Shown piece after piece: positions 30,229 through 50,544 of a stretch of 64,000 nt of DNA (its first letter is position 1; the number at the start of each line of letters is the position of its first letter). The position numbers were made by a program, and so were the translations under genes. Location: the NCBI GenBank assembly GCA_012295275.1, contig CM022679.1, positions 21,266,001 to 21,330,000 of the forward strand, in the 5' to 3' direction. Source of the DNA: Chrysomallon squamiferum (taxonomy: Eukaryota > Animalia > Mollusca). The notes beneath the pieces were generated by a model. That model was not told the origin of the DNA. It saw only the letters and a list, made by a program, of their open reading frames with translations, and did not search any database.

Positions 30229-30938
30229 TATACATACATACATACATACATGCAGACATGCAGGTTTACCTTTTGGCCAAGATCCAAAAAGCATTTTATT
30301 ATACGAAGGGCGATAACTCTAACAAGCTTACTAACAAATAAAATTTGGCGGCGGACATTTGAATTAATACTTTCGAAATGTGCGGGGGAAAAATGGTTTC
30401 CCTTTCAGTATGCTTTTCAGCAATGTAAACAGGTTGACAACATTTTTATTTTATTGTATTGTATTTTGTTTTACTTTGTTTTGTTTTGTTTTATATTGTT
30501 TTATTTATTTATTGTTTTGTTTTATATTATTTATTACTTCCTGATATTGTAAATTTATCAACATCATTTTGGATTATTAACATTTCTATTTTTTTTTTAT
30601 TATTATTATTCTAGAGAGAGACAATATGATTCTTTTTTTTTTATCATTCACACAGAAATATAAATACTGTTTTACTAATCGCAAATTTATTATCTAGTGT
30701 AAATGCTAATCTGTAACTCACTCTCTGTTTTGCAGAAATGGAAAAAGAAGATATCGCAGCAGACAGTCGCAAAATGCACGAACAAATCAAGGAGTATCGT
30801 CGCAAATGCTCAATTATCCGTGACTTGATCATTCAAATGGAACAGGGATACAATAATTCAAAACGTTACGTCATGATACAGCGCTACAGACTAATTAAAA
30901 ACATGGTCAAAACAGTGATTCACGACAAACTTATATAA
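27122..30938 (+). CDS. Uncharacterised coiled-coil protein with two homologous internal modules (last two coding exons)
   Basis: Exon 27122-27448 (TTTCAG acceptor, GTACGT donor, phase 1/1, GC-rich codons: VAASDRASREEIRRENEHLSAELDVAQREYKKLKQIVEQLDREYEESKDFDPVRRYKRLKGMIKRTILHLHLDPDQKG..KRRGERIS) splices in phase to 30736-30938 (TTTTGCAG acceptor; KMEKEDIAADSRKMHEQIKEYRRKCSIIRDLIIQMEQGYNNSKRYVMIQRYRLIKNMVKTVIHDKLI*). Confidence 0.85.
27451..28190. repeat. ~29-bp intronic minisatellite with higher-order duplication
   Basis: Tandem GTGATTTTCATAGTTATATACGTGTGTTT; a block of variants at ~27480-27720 recurs at ~27820-28090. Confidence 0.95.
28278..28575. repeat. ~29-bp intronic minisatellite
   Basis: Tandem TTATTATCACAACCAGTA(C/T)GATTTTATAC, about 10 units. 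Confidence 0.92.
30047..30104. repeat. 15-bp tandem repeat x4
   Basis: ATAAATACACCGTCT repeated four times. Confidence 0.9.
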
Positions 30939-31214
30939 CAGCGTTACGTGTCGTTGTGTTGTGTTACTACTCTATGTTAGGCAACGTTATATTATGTTGG
31001 TTACGTTACGTTATTTTACGTTTGTTTACGTTACATTATGTTAATTACGTTATGGTGTTTTATACTGTTATGCAGTCTTACGTTACATAATGCTACCTTG
31101 TTTTACGTTAGGATACTTCAGGTTACGGCTATGTTATGTTTTATTACGTTGTTATGCTCATTTATATTATGTTAGTTACTTTACGTTACATTTCGTTTTT
31201 ATGTTATGTTATTT

Positions 31215-31299
<85 letters not shown>

Positions 31300-32162
31300 T
31301 AAAAATGCTGCCAAAACAATTACAGTTATTTGTGACAAAAATCATAAGCGTTTAATAATTTTGTAAATTTTTGCCGGATTAATTTTTCATATCGTTCGGA
31401 AAGTGTTTAAACGTGTCTTTTAAAATAAAATATATATCCTATATATTAAATACTACTACTACTACCACTACTACTACTACTACTACCAATAATAATAATA
31501 ATAATAAATATAATGATAATAATAACAATAACAACAACAAAATAAAAAAATAATAATAAAAAAATAAAATAAATGAAAACAAATAATAATAAAATAAAAT
31601 AAAATAATAAATTGTGCTTTGACATTTACAAATATAGCAAGTTCTGAGCTTCTCTATAACGTGTGCTTTTGCGCTGCACCAGAAGCGGCTATCCGGTGCC
31701 ACAGTTTCAGTGTATTGTCTTAATTAACAATTCTGTAAATGTATGATGAGCGACCTTTCATAATATGTGACGTAAGAACATGCTGCTAAGGCTAAAGAAT
31801 AAATTCGAATTTCAAATCCTTCCTTTTAGTTCACTGGATACCTTGAGAATAGCTATATTGCGGATCTTTGTCTTGAATGTTCTAGAATGCGCTCAGATTA
31901 ACATGCTGTTATGAATGATAATCACGTCTAACTTTATGCTTGTTTGTTTTTGTATCCATGTGTGTTAGTATGTATGTAAGAAATTACTGCCGAAAGAGGT
32001 TAAATGGATGTAATTTTACATATATTGTGATTTTCGCAAAATGCTCGTGATGTTGACACTACTGACGCCATGTTTGTGACGTCACTATTCCGTCTGGTCA
32101 GTTGGTTCAGTAATGGAATAGTGTTCCGGTTTTGTTGTTGTCCGATTCACATCCCTCATTAC

Positions 32163-32208
<46 letters not shown>

Positions 32209-32758
32209 CTGACATTATTTTGTTACAATGAATTTGGGACATACATTTCACGTAGAAAACTGCGACAATGCTGTTTTTTAAATAATTAAATCTTGAGGAA
32301 TACGAATCGGACTGACTATATTGCTTCTGTGTCTGTCAGTGACAGAGACTCCAATGTGTCTTTGGTGTTTCATCACCATCTCCATTTTGTTGTATCGCCT
32401 TATGCTGAGTATTTATAAATCTGAATGTGTTTCTCCTTTCTCCGATGCTACGTGTAAGGTGATATCCACTTTTGCTGTTTTTAAATAAATATATATTATA
32501 TAATTTTAAAGCTACATATTTTGTGGAAAATAAAATGTATGAAATTAAGCCGGCTTTAAAAAAATTTTTGTTGTGTTCAGATGAAATTATAATCTGTTTG
32601 TCCTGCTCATCATCTGCTGTTAAAGATTTCAAAAGCCCCGACACTGACAGAAAGTTTGTGAATGTCATTTAAAAATAAATATGCAAGTATTAACATTAAA
32701 TAGATGCATATCAAGAGAACACTCTTGAAGTAATGATTTTCCAAGATTGTTTTGCAGA

Positions 32759-32790
<32 letters not shown>

Positions 32791-32871
32791 GCATACGGAT
32801 GAACGTATACGTACATGCATATATAATGAGTATATATATATATATACACGTACAACAGTACATACATACAA

Positions 32872-32902
<31 letters not shown>

Positions 32903-33203
32903 TATCCTTATGCACACACATACACAAACTAGCATGTCACAGGTCCTAGTAAACATGGGAAGTTTAATACACAGTGTTTGTTAAAATTATTAAGTGCTTG
33001 GTGATTGACAGTCAGAGAGAGTTAGTTAATTAATTGGTTTTAATGGAATCGTTTAACGAAACTGCCAATATTCCTATGACCAGTTTTATTTGTGCACAAA
33101 ACCTCAGTTTGTTTTCAGGACGAGAGGTTTTACTGGATCTCACTCTCTGCTGTTGAGATATCCTCCCCTCAAATCCCTTCCCCCATAAATAAATAAATAA
33201 TAA

Positions 33204-33260
<57 letters not shown>

Positions 33261-33598
33261 TAATAAAAAATAAAATAGAGTAATATAAATAAATGACACT
33301 GTAACACGCACATGTTATGCTATGCGGAAAATAAAATAACAATGTGATCAGTGAAATAAAATAGCTTTTTGTTGTTCGGGTCAGCTGACTTGTATTTGTA
33401 CTGATAAGGTTAAAAACACAACGTTACTGATAAGGTAATATGATGTCTATACTCACCTACGAAAAAACCAACTGACTTCTGAAATGAACACGTTAATATT
33501 TGCATGTAACTTAATTTATGCAGAAATAAAAAGAATAACTTAAAATAAATTTGGATTAAATCACAGCCGTCAAGTCCACCTACAACAGCTACAACATC

Positions 33599-33640
<42 letters not shown>

Positions 33641-34164
33641 AATAATAATAATAATAATAATATATATATATATATATATCTGTGATATTGCGAGAGAAAC
33701 AACAAGAATAACAACAGCTACAATATCAACAATAATAATACCACTGACAATTAAAAAAAGGAACAGTCACAAAAATAAAATAACAACTGAAAGAGCTTTA
33801 TTATCATCACCTACAATAATAAAATCACAGGCATCGCCATCACCACCACCATCAACAACAACAACAGCAGCAACAACAGCAACAACAGCAGCAGCAGCAG
33901 TAGCAACAACAACAAAAACAGCAACAATAATAATACCAAAAAACTGAAAGAGCATTATCATAATCAGCTATAATAATAAAATCACAGACATCGCCATCAC
34001 CACCACCGTCACCAACAACATCAACAACAGCAGCAGCAGCAACAACAACAACGATGATAATGACGCCACCACCTCCTATAACTGAACCCTGTTAAAAGAC
34101 ATCGAGAAAAAAAAAAAAAAAAAAATAATAATAATAACTCCCGCCTAAAAAAAATATATATAAC

Positions 34165-34233
<69 letters not shown>

Positions 34234-34414
34234 ACAGAGTTTTGAATTCTTATCGAAATCTCCTTTATAAACCATTTTCTTTTTTTCCCCCCTCTTAATA
34301 GCTCATAGTCTTTTAACTTAACAATACCGCAATTTTTTTTTTTTTTTTTTTTTATGGATTGTGTTTCTCTCTTTTATTATTATTATTATTATTTTTTTTT
34401 TTTTCGTGTATTAA

Positions 34415-34722
34415 CAAACAGGAAGATCGGCGAGGTCAGTAATCTGTGTATATTATATTACAAAACAAAAGGTAGGTAATCGCTTCACTTGTCCAGAATA
34501 ATCCAGTAATTATGACTACTTCCCCAGTGAAAAACCAATCGGTGGCTCGAACCAACTTCCTGGTTATTTTTAGCTATTGTCGTGTCCTGACACACAAAAT
34601 GTCAGACCTCGCTGTGTATACACGTAGCCGTACAGAGTTACTGCTGTAAAATGTAGCTGAACCTTGACGAAGTTGCCGGGTGTTATTTTAAAGAGCGTTC
34701 CAAAAACGATTTGCTGGTAAGG
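34415..34722 (+). promoter_or_regulatory. Candidate promoter and non-coding first exon of the BCAP-like gene
   Basis: Non-repetitive GC-richer island with Ets-like CAGGAAG / ACTTCCTG, CCAAT (~34535) and a strong donor CTG|GTAAGG at 34716/34717; the ATG exon at 39464 begins with a splice acceptor, so an upstream exon is needed. Confidence 0.4.
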
Positions 34723-34766
34723 GTATTTTTAAAGTTAACTTTGGCTTAGTTTTATGTGTAACTGAT

Positions 34767-34814
<48 letters not shown>

Positions 34815-34952
34815 TTGTGCTCATATGCAAAAATAACTGAGTAAGATACTATCGCACTTTGTAAGTATATTGTATTTTATTACTATTATTATTATTTTTT
34901 AAAAGTTTTATTCATTTGTGCTATATTATTTTGCTATTATTATTAATTATTA

Positions 34953-34989
<37 letters not shown>

Positions 34990-35112
34990 GCACTAGCAGC
35001 AGCAACAGCATCAGCAGCTGTAGTAGCTGTAATAGTATTAGAAGTAACAGCGGTAGTAACAACATTAGTTGCATGGTTATTTATTTATTTGCTTATTTGT
35101 TTATTTATTTGT

Positions 35113-35159
<47 letters not shown>

Positions 35160-35374
35160 TTTGTTTATTTATTATTTATTTATTTGCTTATTTATTTGTT
35201 TATTAATTAATTTATTTATTTGCTTATTTATTTATTTATTTGTTTATTCATTTATTTATTTATTGCTTATTTATTTGCTTATTTATTTATTTGCTTATTT
35301 ATTAATTAATTTGTTTATTTGCTTATTTATTTATTTATTTGCTTATTTATTAATTAATTTATTTATTTGCCTAT

Positions 35375-35405
<31 letters not shown>

Positions 35406-35716
35406 CGTTAATGTGTACATGCTAGCACACAACTAACAAACATCCACAGTTTGCCTGATTGACTGTTTTAATAATTTCTCTACAACCCGTAAACGTCACA
35501 AGTAATACTTAAAAATATCGTGCTCAACATAAAAAACAACAATGTGTAAGTGGTTTCCTCTCGTGACTAATTCTAACAACGAATCTCAGTCAGCCGATTA
35601 TAAAACTAACTGAGTTTTCATGTCGTTAAATTAACTTTAAAATTTGCACTTGCGCACATTTTCTCTGCCCATTTGTTACTGTCAGATTTTATGACAAATT
35701 GTTGTCCATGCTTGCA

Positions 35717-35788
<72 letters not shown>

Positions 35789-35984
35789 AGAAAAAAAAAA
35801 AAAAAAAGAAAAAAGAAATTAACATAATGAAATATTTTGCTTTAAGAAAAGAGAGAGAGAAAAAAATAATAAGAAAAAAGCCTTGATACTTATTTCTAAA
35901 AATGATTTATCTTTTCATTCGTATTTACTAGTAATTTTAAATAATCTTGAATTTTGTTCCTTTGTACTGAAAGCGACTGACATT

Positions 35985-36039
<55 letters not shown>

Positions 36040-36205
36040 TTTCACCCTATGTTATTAATGCTTTTGTATTATTTGTCTGACTGCTCGCAAAATTATTTTT
36101 AAATTAGAGATATATCAAAATATAGTGTAAAAATAATATAAATATATGCATGATCATATTACATCTTCGGACAATTAGTTAATTCATTAATAATAATAAT
36201 AATAA

Positions 36206-36289
<84 letters not shown>

Positions 36290-36531
36290 ATATGGTGAAA
36301 AATAGTGTGCAGTGATAAGAATTACATTAGATTTTGATTTTTTTAAAATACATCTTTTGATCAACATTTTATCAATTTATGTTGTTATTTTCTATGATTT
36401 ATGTTGTTAGTTTCTAGAGCGCTTTTCATTGTAGCGATCAGCATTCGAGCTATTTGTTTTGAGAGACTCGTTATAGTGATAGAGTCTTGCGGAGATATAT
36501 CTCAAAGCGTTTTACTTACATGAGCTATAAC

Positions 36532-36566
<35 letters not shown>

Positions 36567-36979
36567 CAATTTAAAAGTAAGGTTAAAGCAAAATGAATAA
36601 GCGAAATGCAAAGTATTATTCAAAATAACAAAGCTGACAGTAATGTTGAACTGTTTAAAAATGTATCAGAAATACAGCTTAACGGACAATTATTGTGACT
36701 GTCGAGGATGGTGTTCTAGAAAATTCCAGATTCTTTAACACGTTTAACTTGGCCGTACATTTGTAATGCACGGTGATCTGGAATAACTAAATAACGAACT
36801 GCGAAAAACTTTGTGGATATTTTTTTAGTTTATTTCGTTGATCAGTCTTTGTCGTTCTTGTCGCGCTGGTTTCAGTCTGATGCTCTTACCTGCACCACTT
36901 AGAAATATGTCGCCTGTTTGTACTTAGCACCCTCTAGCAAAGATCACGAGAGCCGTTCATTGTTTCGTGATTTTCACTC

Positions 36980-37400
36980 GTCTAGTTTATTCTAAACATA
37001 GTTTCACATCAACAATATAACGTTGTTTTCTATATTTTTCACAATTTTCCGTTCTAAACAAAATGACATAAATTATATTAGGTATTTTGCACAACTAGTT
37101 TATTTTAAACACACTATGGCATTAATAATATTGTACCTTTTGCACTAAGTCTATTTATTTTAAACACAGTTTGACATTAAATAATATGACATTATTTTAA
37201 CCATTTTGCACAAATAGTTTATTTTGAGCATAGTTTGACATTAAATAATATCACACTATAGGACACATTTTTCACAACTGTCTATTTATTTTAAACATAC
37301 TATGATATTAAAATTAATAACATTACATTATTTTACAAAAGTCTATTTATTTTAAGCACAGTTTGACATTAAATAATATGACACTCTATTATACATTTTA
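36980..37400. repeat. Degenerate ~58-60-bp minisatellite at the head of the duplicated gene unit
   Basis: Units like TTTTGCACAACTAGT(C)TATTTATTTTAAACA..TTTGACATTAAATAATAT; related arrays at 48210-48450 and 54030-54110. Confidence 0.8.
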
Positions 37401-38348
37401 AAGTGAAAAACATCACGGGAATTGAGAAATGATTAGATATACAAAAGGTTAACCCAAGGAGAGTAATGTTTTAATAACTAATATTTTGTACGTACGTATG
37501 AATGATACTAAAATTACTAATTTTCGAACATCTTCGTTTAAGATGGTAAAAATAAGTGTTAATATGTGTTTATTTCCAGCTTAACAGAGCAAAATTTATT
37601 TATAACAAAACAGTTATATGTAGGGTTTTTTTTTTCTTTTTAAAAATAAAGAATGAAAGAAAACATGTTTTGAACTCAGTCTACCATAAATTACACATTC
37701 AGAACAACGTACATTAAAATAAATGTCTGACCTACTTTCGGTCTGACTAGGCAACTCGCAGTGTACTTTGAAAAAGGAAGCAATTCTAGGAGGGGATTCC
37801 CTCAGCGTTCTCGTATGTTATCTTATCTATTGCCCTTGAAAATCATTTCTTTTTATAAACATTGCATTGGAAATATCAAACATATTTGAAATGCACGAAC
37901 CTAACGTATCAATAAAGTCGCAGAGATTTGATTTAGAAAACGAGACCATTTTAAAAACTCGAAAATTGTTAATGAGAGCTATTTTATATGTTAATATCAT
38001 TTTTTTATATTTTTTATGATTGTTAGACAAAAACACCAGGCTCATGGTATCGTTTGTTCGTTCATTTTTGAGTTTGTTTCTTCATTTGTTCGGTCATTTA
38101 TTTATTCATTTATTTGTTAATTTCTTTACATATTAGACAAAAAATAATTACATAATATAGTTATTTATTCATTCATCAGTACCTACGTTCATCAAGTCAC
38201 AGACATACTGGTTTCTTCAGAACTTTAACATAGCAAGGTAATGTTTACAGATAAATAAATAAATAAACACATTATATGAAATAATAAATAAAATAAAATA
38301 TAATAAAACAAAACAAAATAAAAAATTAAATAAGCAAAAAGTAAAAAC

Positions 38349-38384
<36 letters not shown>

Positions 38385-39469
38385 CTGCGCTGTAAATTCG
38401 GTGGACCATTCAAAACAACCTGAAACATGATATCTGTCTGACCTACCTTTCACGGCACACAGAGGACTTTGAACAAGGAAGTAGTTCGAAGGGGCATCCC
38501 CTCAGCGTTCAGGTATATTAACATATCTATAGACCGAGAACGTCATTCGCTGTTGAGATTTAGGACTGTAAACTTCATACGCTCTTGAAATGCACGAACG
38601 TAACATATCACTAACCTCCCAGAGGTTTGACTCTGAAAACAAACAGACTCTAGAAACTCGAGGAAATCAGGTTTGTTTTTAAAATATTTGACTTATTTTG
38701 TTTATTAATAATTTTGTACATTAAATAACTAATTTCTTTTCGAGTTTGAATCATTTTTGAGATAAACAACAGTTACGAAAAGAAGCAGAATTCGGTTGTT
38801 AAATACTAACTGCTAGATTACCTTGACATTTTTAGTTTCCATACAATACACTGTGAACATCGTCTGACGTGTTTTTAAGTTACTGTCACTAGCTTAATAT
38901 TCATTATCTGTGACTGTGACGATAGACATACGAGTGATTCGTTGCTATAAAACACCACTTCTGTGACCCAGTTCAGCCTTTGTATGCTTAACACAGTTTT
39001 ACTTCACACTAACTCACATCTATTGCTGGCGGATAACAGCTCTGACTGACTGGGATACTCAGGTTGATGTCACGCACGTAATGTCCACGAGACAATAAAA
39101 TTATAAACACTGATTTGGCTTTGTATGAAATATGATAAGTGCGGCAGCAGCAGTTTAGTAATCAGTAAGATAACCGCAGACTAACTCATATTTATTTTTA
39201 AAATGTCCACATTTCTTTTGTAGGCCTACGTACTAATCCTTCTTGTATTTGTTATTACTGTTGTTGTTGTTGTTTTTATTTTGTTATTAATTAGTATTAA
39301 CATTATCGTTATTATAGTCACGTTCAAGAGAGATGTATCCAGCTGAATGATAGGGATTAATGAGCCACTAAGGCTATACGCCCTTGTGTCTCAGTTCACA
39401 AGCTTGAGAAAGAATAATTATAACAGATATTTGTATGTTAACAATTAAATGTTTGTTTTTCAGTCAGCA

Positions 39470-46449
<6,980 letters not shown>

Positions 46450-46475
<26 letters not shown>

Positions 46476-46725
46476 ATGTTTTCGTGTTCCCTCAAGAACA
46501 TACAGAAAGTGAATGTGCTCATGATCCCGCTAGAACAGACAGAATATCAATAGATTCTTGTAACCTCTAGAACATACAGAAAGTGAATGTACTGTTGTTC
46601 CCGCTAAAACAGACCGAAAATCAATGGATTCTTGTTTCCTCTAGAAGATACAGAAAGTGAATATTTTCGTGTTACCTCTAGAACAGACACAAAATCAATG
46701 GATTCTTGTTTCCTCTAGAAATACA
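46450..46725. repeat. 37-bp minisatellite spanning the stop codon and 3' UTR of copy 1 (also 50520-50757 and 51930-52390)
   Basis: Tandem CTAGAACA(T/G)ACAGAAAGTGAATGTTTTCGTGTTCCC; the first unit overlaps codons PRTCRK*. Confidence 0.9.
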
Positions 46726-47860
46726 AAAAACGAGTGTTCTGCTGATTTGACAATAACATAGTGTTTGAACTGACGAAGATACCTGCAAGTTATCAGTGAC
46801 AAAAAGCAATACTTTCTTTATTATGAAGTATTAATCTATGTTGGATTATATACAGACAGTTTTGCCGTTTCTTCTGCTGGTTATAAGTGATATCGTAATA
46901 TGATGTAATTTATTACTGTCCATGATTTTAGTGACATACAGCTTTTGCTGTTTACGAAGCACTAAAACTGCAACTGATTCACCAATTTCTTTACTGTGAT
47001 GTCGGCAACGTGAATGCTTGTTTCGTAACTATTATAATTAATAACTTACATTATAAATGTATGCGTTTAAAGTGTACAGGTAATGTCTGTGTGTGTGCGT
47101 TTGCATGTTTACATCTGTGCACACAAATATAGTCAACGTTTTGTCAGTCATTTTTTTAAGTCTTCTGAGACTGAACTTTTGCTTGCACGTTTTTACCCAC
47201 CATAATAGTCCCACCGTAGGAAAAAAACGAAACAAATCTGTGATCACCTGAAAAACTCATTGTGTTATAGTGAAAAGGAAAATGGAGCGTAGATAAACAT
47301 TGTGCACGATTTCTTTTCACAGTGTAAGACTTTTAATAATAACATTCGTTCTTTGTGCAAACTAGTCAATATCAGTATTACTGAATATTTATTAAAACAT
47401 TTCTCAACAGACACTCTTTTGTTGTGCTTATTTTAAATTCAATTATGCAGAAAGGGCGTGAATACATACATACATATATATATACTTGTGTGTGTGTTTG
47501 AGGATGTGTGCAAAATAATAAATAAAAGTAACATGATAGATATACTTAATTATTTGTGAACATAAAATATATATATATCAATATATATAAGATAGATTTA
47601 GATATAGATAATTTATGTTCAGATTAGGAACTAATGTAAATAACTATCACATGATAAAACTTGTAAGTATTAATGTTAATGGGCTGTAACTGACAAATAT
47701 GCTGTCATTATCACCACCTTAATATGCATCAACGCTTCAACAAAAAAAAATAATAATAATAAAAAAATAATAATAATAATAATAATAATAATATTAAAGT
47801 AAACTAAACTAACAAATTAAAACAACCACAACACTGGATGTACATATATATATAGAAATC

Positions 47861-47886
47861 AAAATGGCGGAGAGAGTTTTTCCCGC
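47861..47886 (+). promoter_or_regulatory. YY1-like + E2F-like motif pair (duplicated at 53642-53667)
   Basis: AAAATGGCGG followed by TTTTTCCCGC in otherwise AT-rich DNA, identical in both duplicated tails. Confidence 0.3.
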
Positions 47887-48039
47887 TCTTTGATTAAGCT
47901 ATTAGAGTGATTGCTCTGCCAGAATGTTTGCACATACAAACACAAATACTAGTTTCTTCTTGCTTCATCCAAATTTCACTCACACTTTTGCTCCCTCTGA
48001 CCACTGAATCGCATCTCAAAAAGGACACAGTAGCCACAC

Positions 48040-48076
<37 letters not shown>

Positions 48077-50448
48077 TGTATAAATGTGTGGTATGTATGT
48101 GGATGTGCTTCCGTAGCTAATATATTTTAGTTTGTCGTTAAATAATATCACATTGTATTATGCATTGTGTATAGTTAGTAAATTTTAAAGATTATCTGAC
48201 AATAAAATTAAAACATATTATACATTTTGCACAACAGTCTATTTATTTTAAACATAGTTTGACATGAAATAATGTAACAATATTTTATACATTTAGCACA
48301 TATAGTTTATTTTAAACTCAGTACGATATTAAATTAAATAATACTGTATAATACATTTTGTAAAACTAGTCTATTTTTAACATTATAGTACACATTTTTC
48401 ACAACAGTCCATTTATTTTAAACACACAATGATATTAAAATTAATAAACGATTAAATGTACACGAGATTAACACCAGGAGAGTAATGTTTTAGAATGTGT
48501 TTTGTAAGTACGTATGAACGAAATGTCAAGTTACAAATGTTTGAACATCTTTTTTTCAGATAGTGTTCATATGTGCTTATTTCCAGTTTCTTAGAGTAAA
48601 ATTTATTTATAACAAAACAGTAATATGTAGGTTTTTTCTTTTTTTTTTTTTTCTTTTTAAAAATAAAGAATGAAAGAAAACATGTTTTGAACTCAGTCTA
48701 CCATAAAGGACCCATTCAAAACAACGTGAATTAAACTAAATGTCTGACCTACTTTCGGTCTGACTAGGCAGCTCGCAGTGTACTTTGAAACAGGAAGCAA
48801 TTCAAGAAGGGGATTCCCTCAGCGTTCTCGTATGTTAACTTATCTGTCATTTCTTTTTATAAACATTGCACTGGAAATAGCAAAAATAGGTCGCGTTGTC
48901 GTTTGAAGGTTTGTCGTTTCCAGAGATTTGATTTAGAAAACGAGCAGATTTTAAAAACTCGAAGAAACCAGATTTGTTTAAAATATTTTAGTTAATTTTT
49001 CTTAGATGAGAGGTATTTTATTTGTTAATATCATTTTGTTTTTACTGTTAGACAACACCACCATGGTCTTGCTGTCGTTTGGTCGTTCTTTCATTCATTT
49101 TTGCGTTTGTTTGTTCATTTGTTCCTTTCATTTATTTATTTTTTGTTTGTCAATTTATTCACATACACAGAAAGGTTAGACAAAACATGATTACATAATA
49201 TACTTATGAATACGTACATTGACTGAGTCACTGACATACTGGTTTATTGAGAACTTTAACATAGCTAGGTAAAGTTTACCTAGTTGTCAAAATTTTAAAC
49301 TTCTCATATAAATGCATATAATATAACATACGCAATTATATATATATACATTTTCATTATATTATCATCTATCTTAATTTAAGCCGAATTTAATAAAACA
49401 AAGAAGAGGGAAAAAAAGGAATCATCTTTCATAATACAGACAAAAAGAGAGGCCTATGATGCGGTTATTTCTTTATTTTTCATAAGAATAAAATGAAAAG
49501 AAATAAAAGAAATAAAACATAATAAACTAAAAAGAAAGAAAAAATGAACTAAAGCACGAAAGAAAGAAACGAAGAAAAGAATAATAAACAAACAGATAAA
49601 TAAATAAATAAATTACACGAAATAATAAATAAAATGGAAACAAATTAAACAAAATAAAAAGTAAAATAAACAAAAAGTAAAATTAAAATTAACTAAAAAA
49701 GAAAATAATAACATAAAATATAAAATAAAAAAATCGAATAAAATACCATTGCGCTGTAAATTCGGTGGACCATTCAAAACAACCTGAAACATGATATCTG
49801 CCCTACCTACCTTTCACGACACACAGAGGACTTTGAACAAGGAAGTAATTCGAAGGGTCACCCCTTCAGAGTTCAGGTATATTAAAAAATCCATAGACCG
49901 AGAACGTCATTCACTGTTGGAGATTTAATTCAATAAACTTCATACCGACTTGAAATGCACGAACGTAACATATCACTAACCTTGCAGAGGTTTGACACTG
50001 AAAACAAACAGACTCCAGAAACTCGAGGAAATCACGTTTGTTTTTAAAATATTTTGACTTATTTTGTTTATTAATAATTTTGAACTTTAAATAATTATAA
50101 TTTCGTTTCGAGTTTGAATTATTTTTGAGATAAACAACAGTTAAGACAAGAAGCCGAATTCGGTGGTTAAATACTAACTGCTAGATCACCTTGACATTTT
50201 TAATTTCCATACAATACACTGTGAACATCGTGTGTCGTGCTTTTAAATTACTGTCACTAGCTTAATATTCATTATCTCTTACATTAGACATACGAGTGAT
50301 AGAAGCGGTTAATAGTAATATTACTTGATAGTATTGTAACGATTGAAATAGTAATAACAATAAAAGTAATAATAACATTTATAAATTCTTATCTAAATCT
50401 CTGAATGTTGTCTAAATAATTCAAATAATTGTCTTTTCTTTTTTGCAG

Positions 50449-50544
50449 GATAACAGAATTTCTTGTAGAATTATGTTCCTGCAGTCCACGGAAAACATCG
50501 AGAACGAATGTCCTCCGCTTCCTCCAAGAACATGCAGAAAGTGA
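50449..50544 (+). pseudogene. Orphan duplicate of the BCAP-like terminal coding exon (possible alternative last exon)
   Basis: TTTTGCAG|GAT AAC AGA... encodes DNRISCRIMFLQSTENIENECPPLPPRTCRK*; carried on a ~460-bp block (about 50297-50757) that replaces sequence equivalent to about 38940-39183 upstream of the copy-2 TIR exon. Confidence 0.7.

Noticed and set aside
21835-34020. Short local duplications (21835-21905/22015-22075; 29345-29415/29805-29880; 33765-33860/33935-34020) as LTRs or TE ends
   Set aside because: Only 60-90 bp, diverged, no TSDs or coding sequence between them; ordinary local duplications.
38447-38631. Minus-strand selenoprotein exon (in-frame TGA, TGC in one paralogous element)
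   Set aside because: Sister copies carry frameshifts and additional stops, the other element type lacks the acceptor, and no SECIS was recognised.
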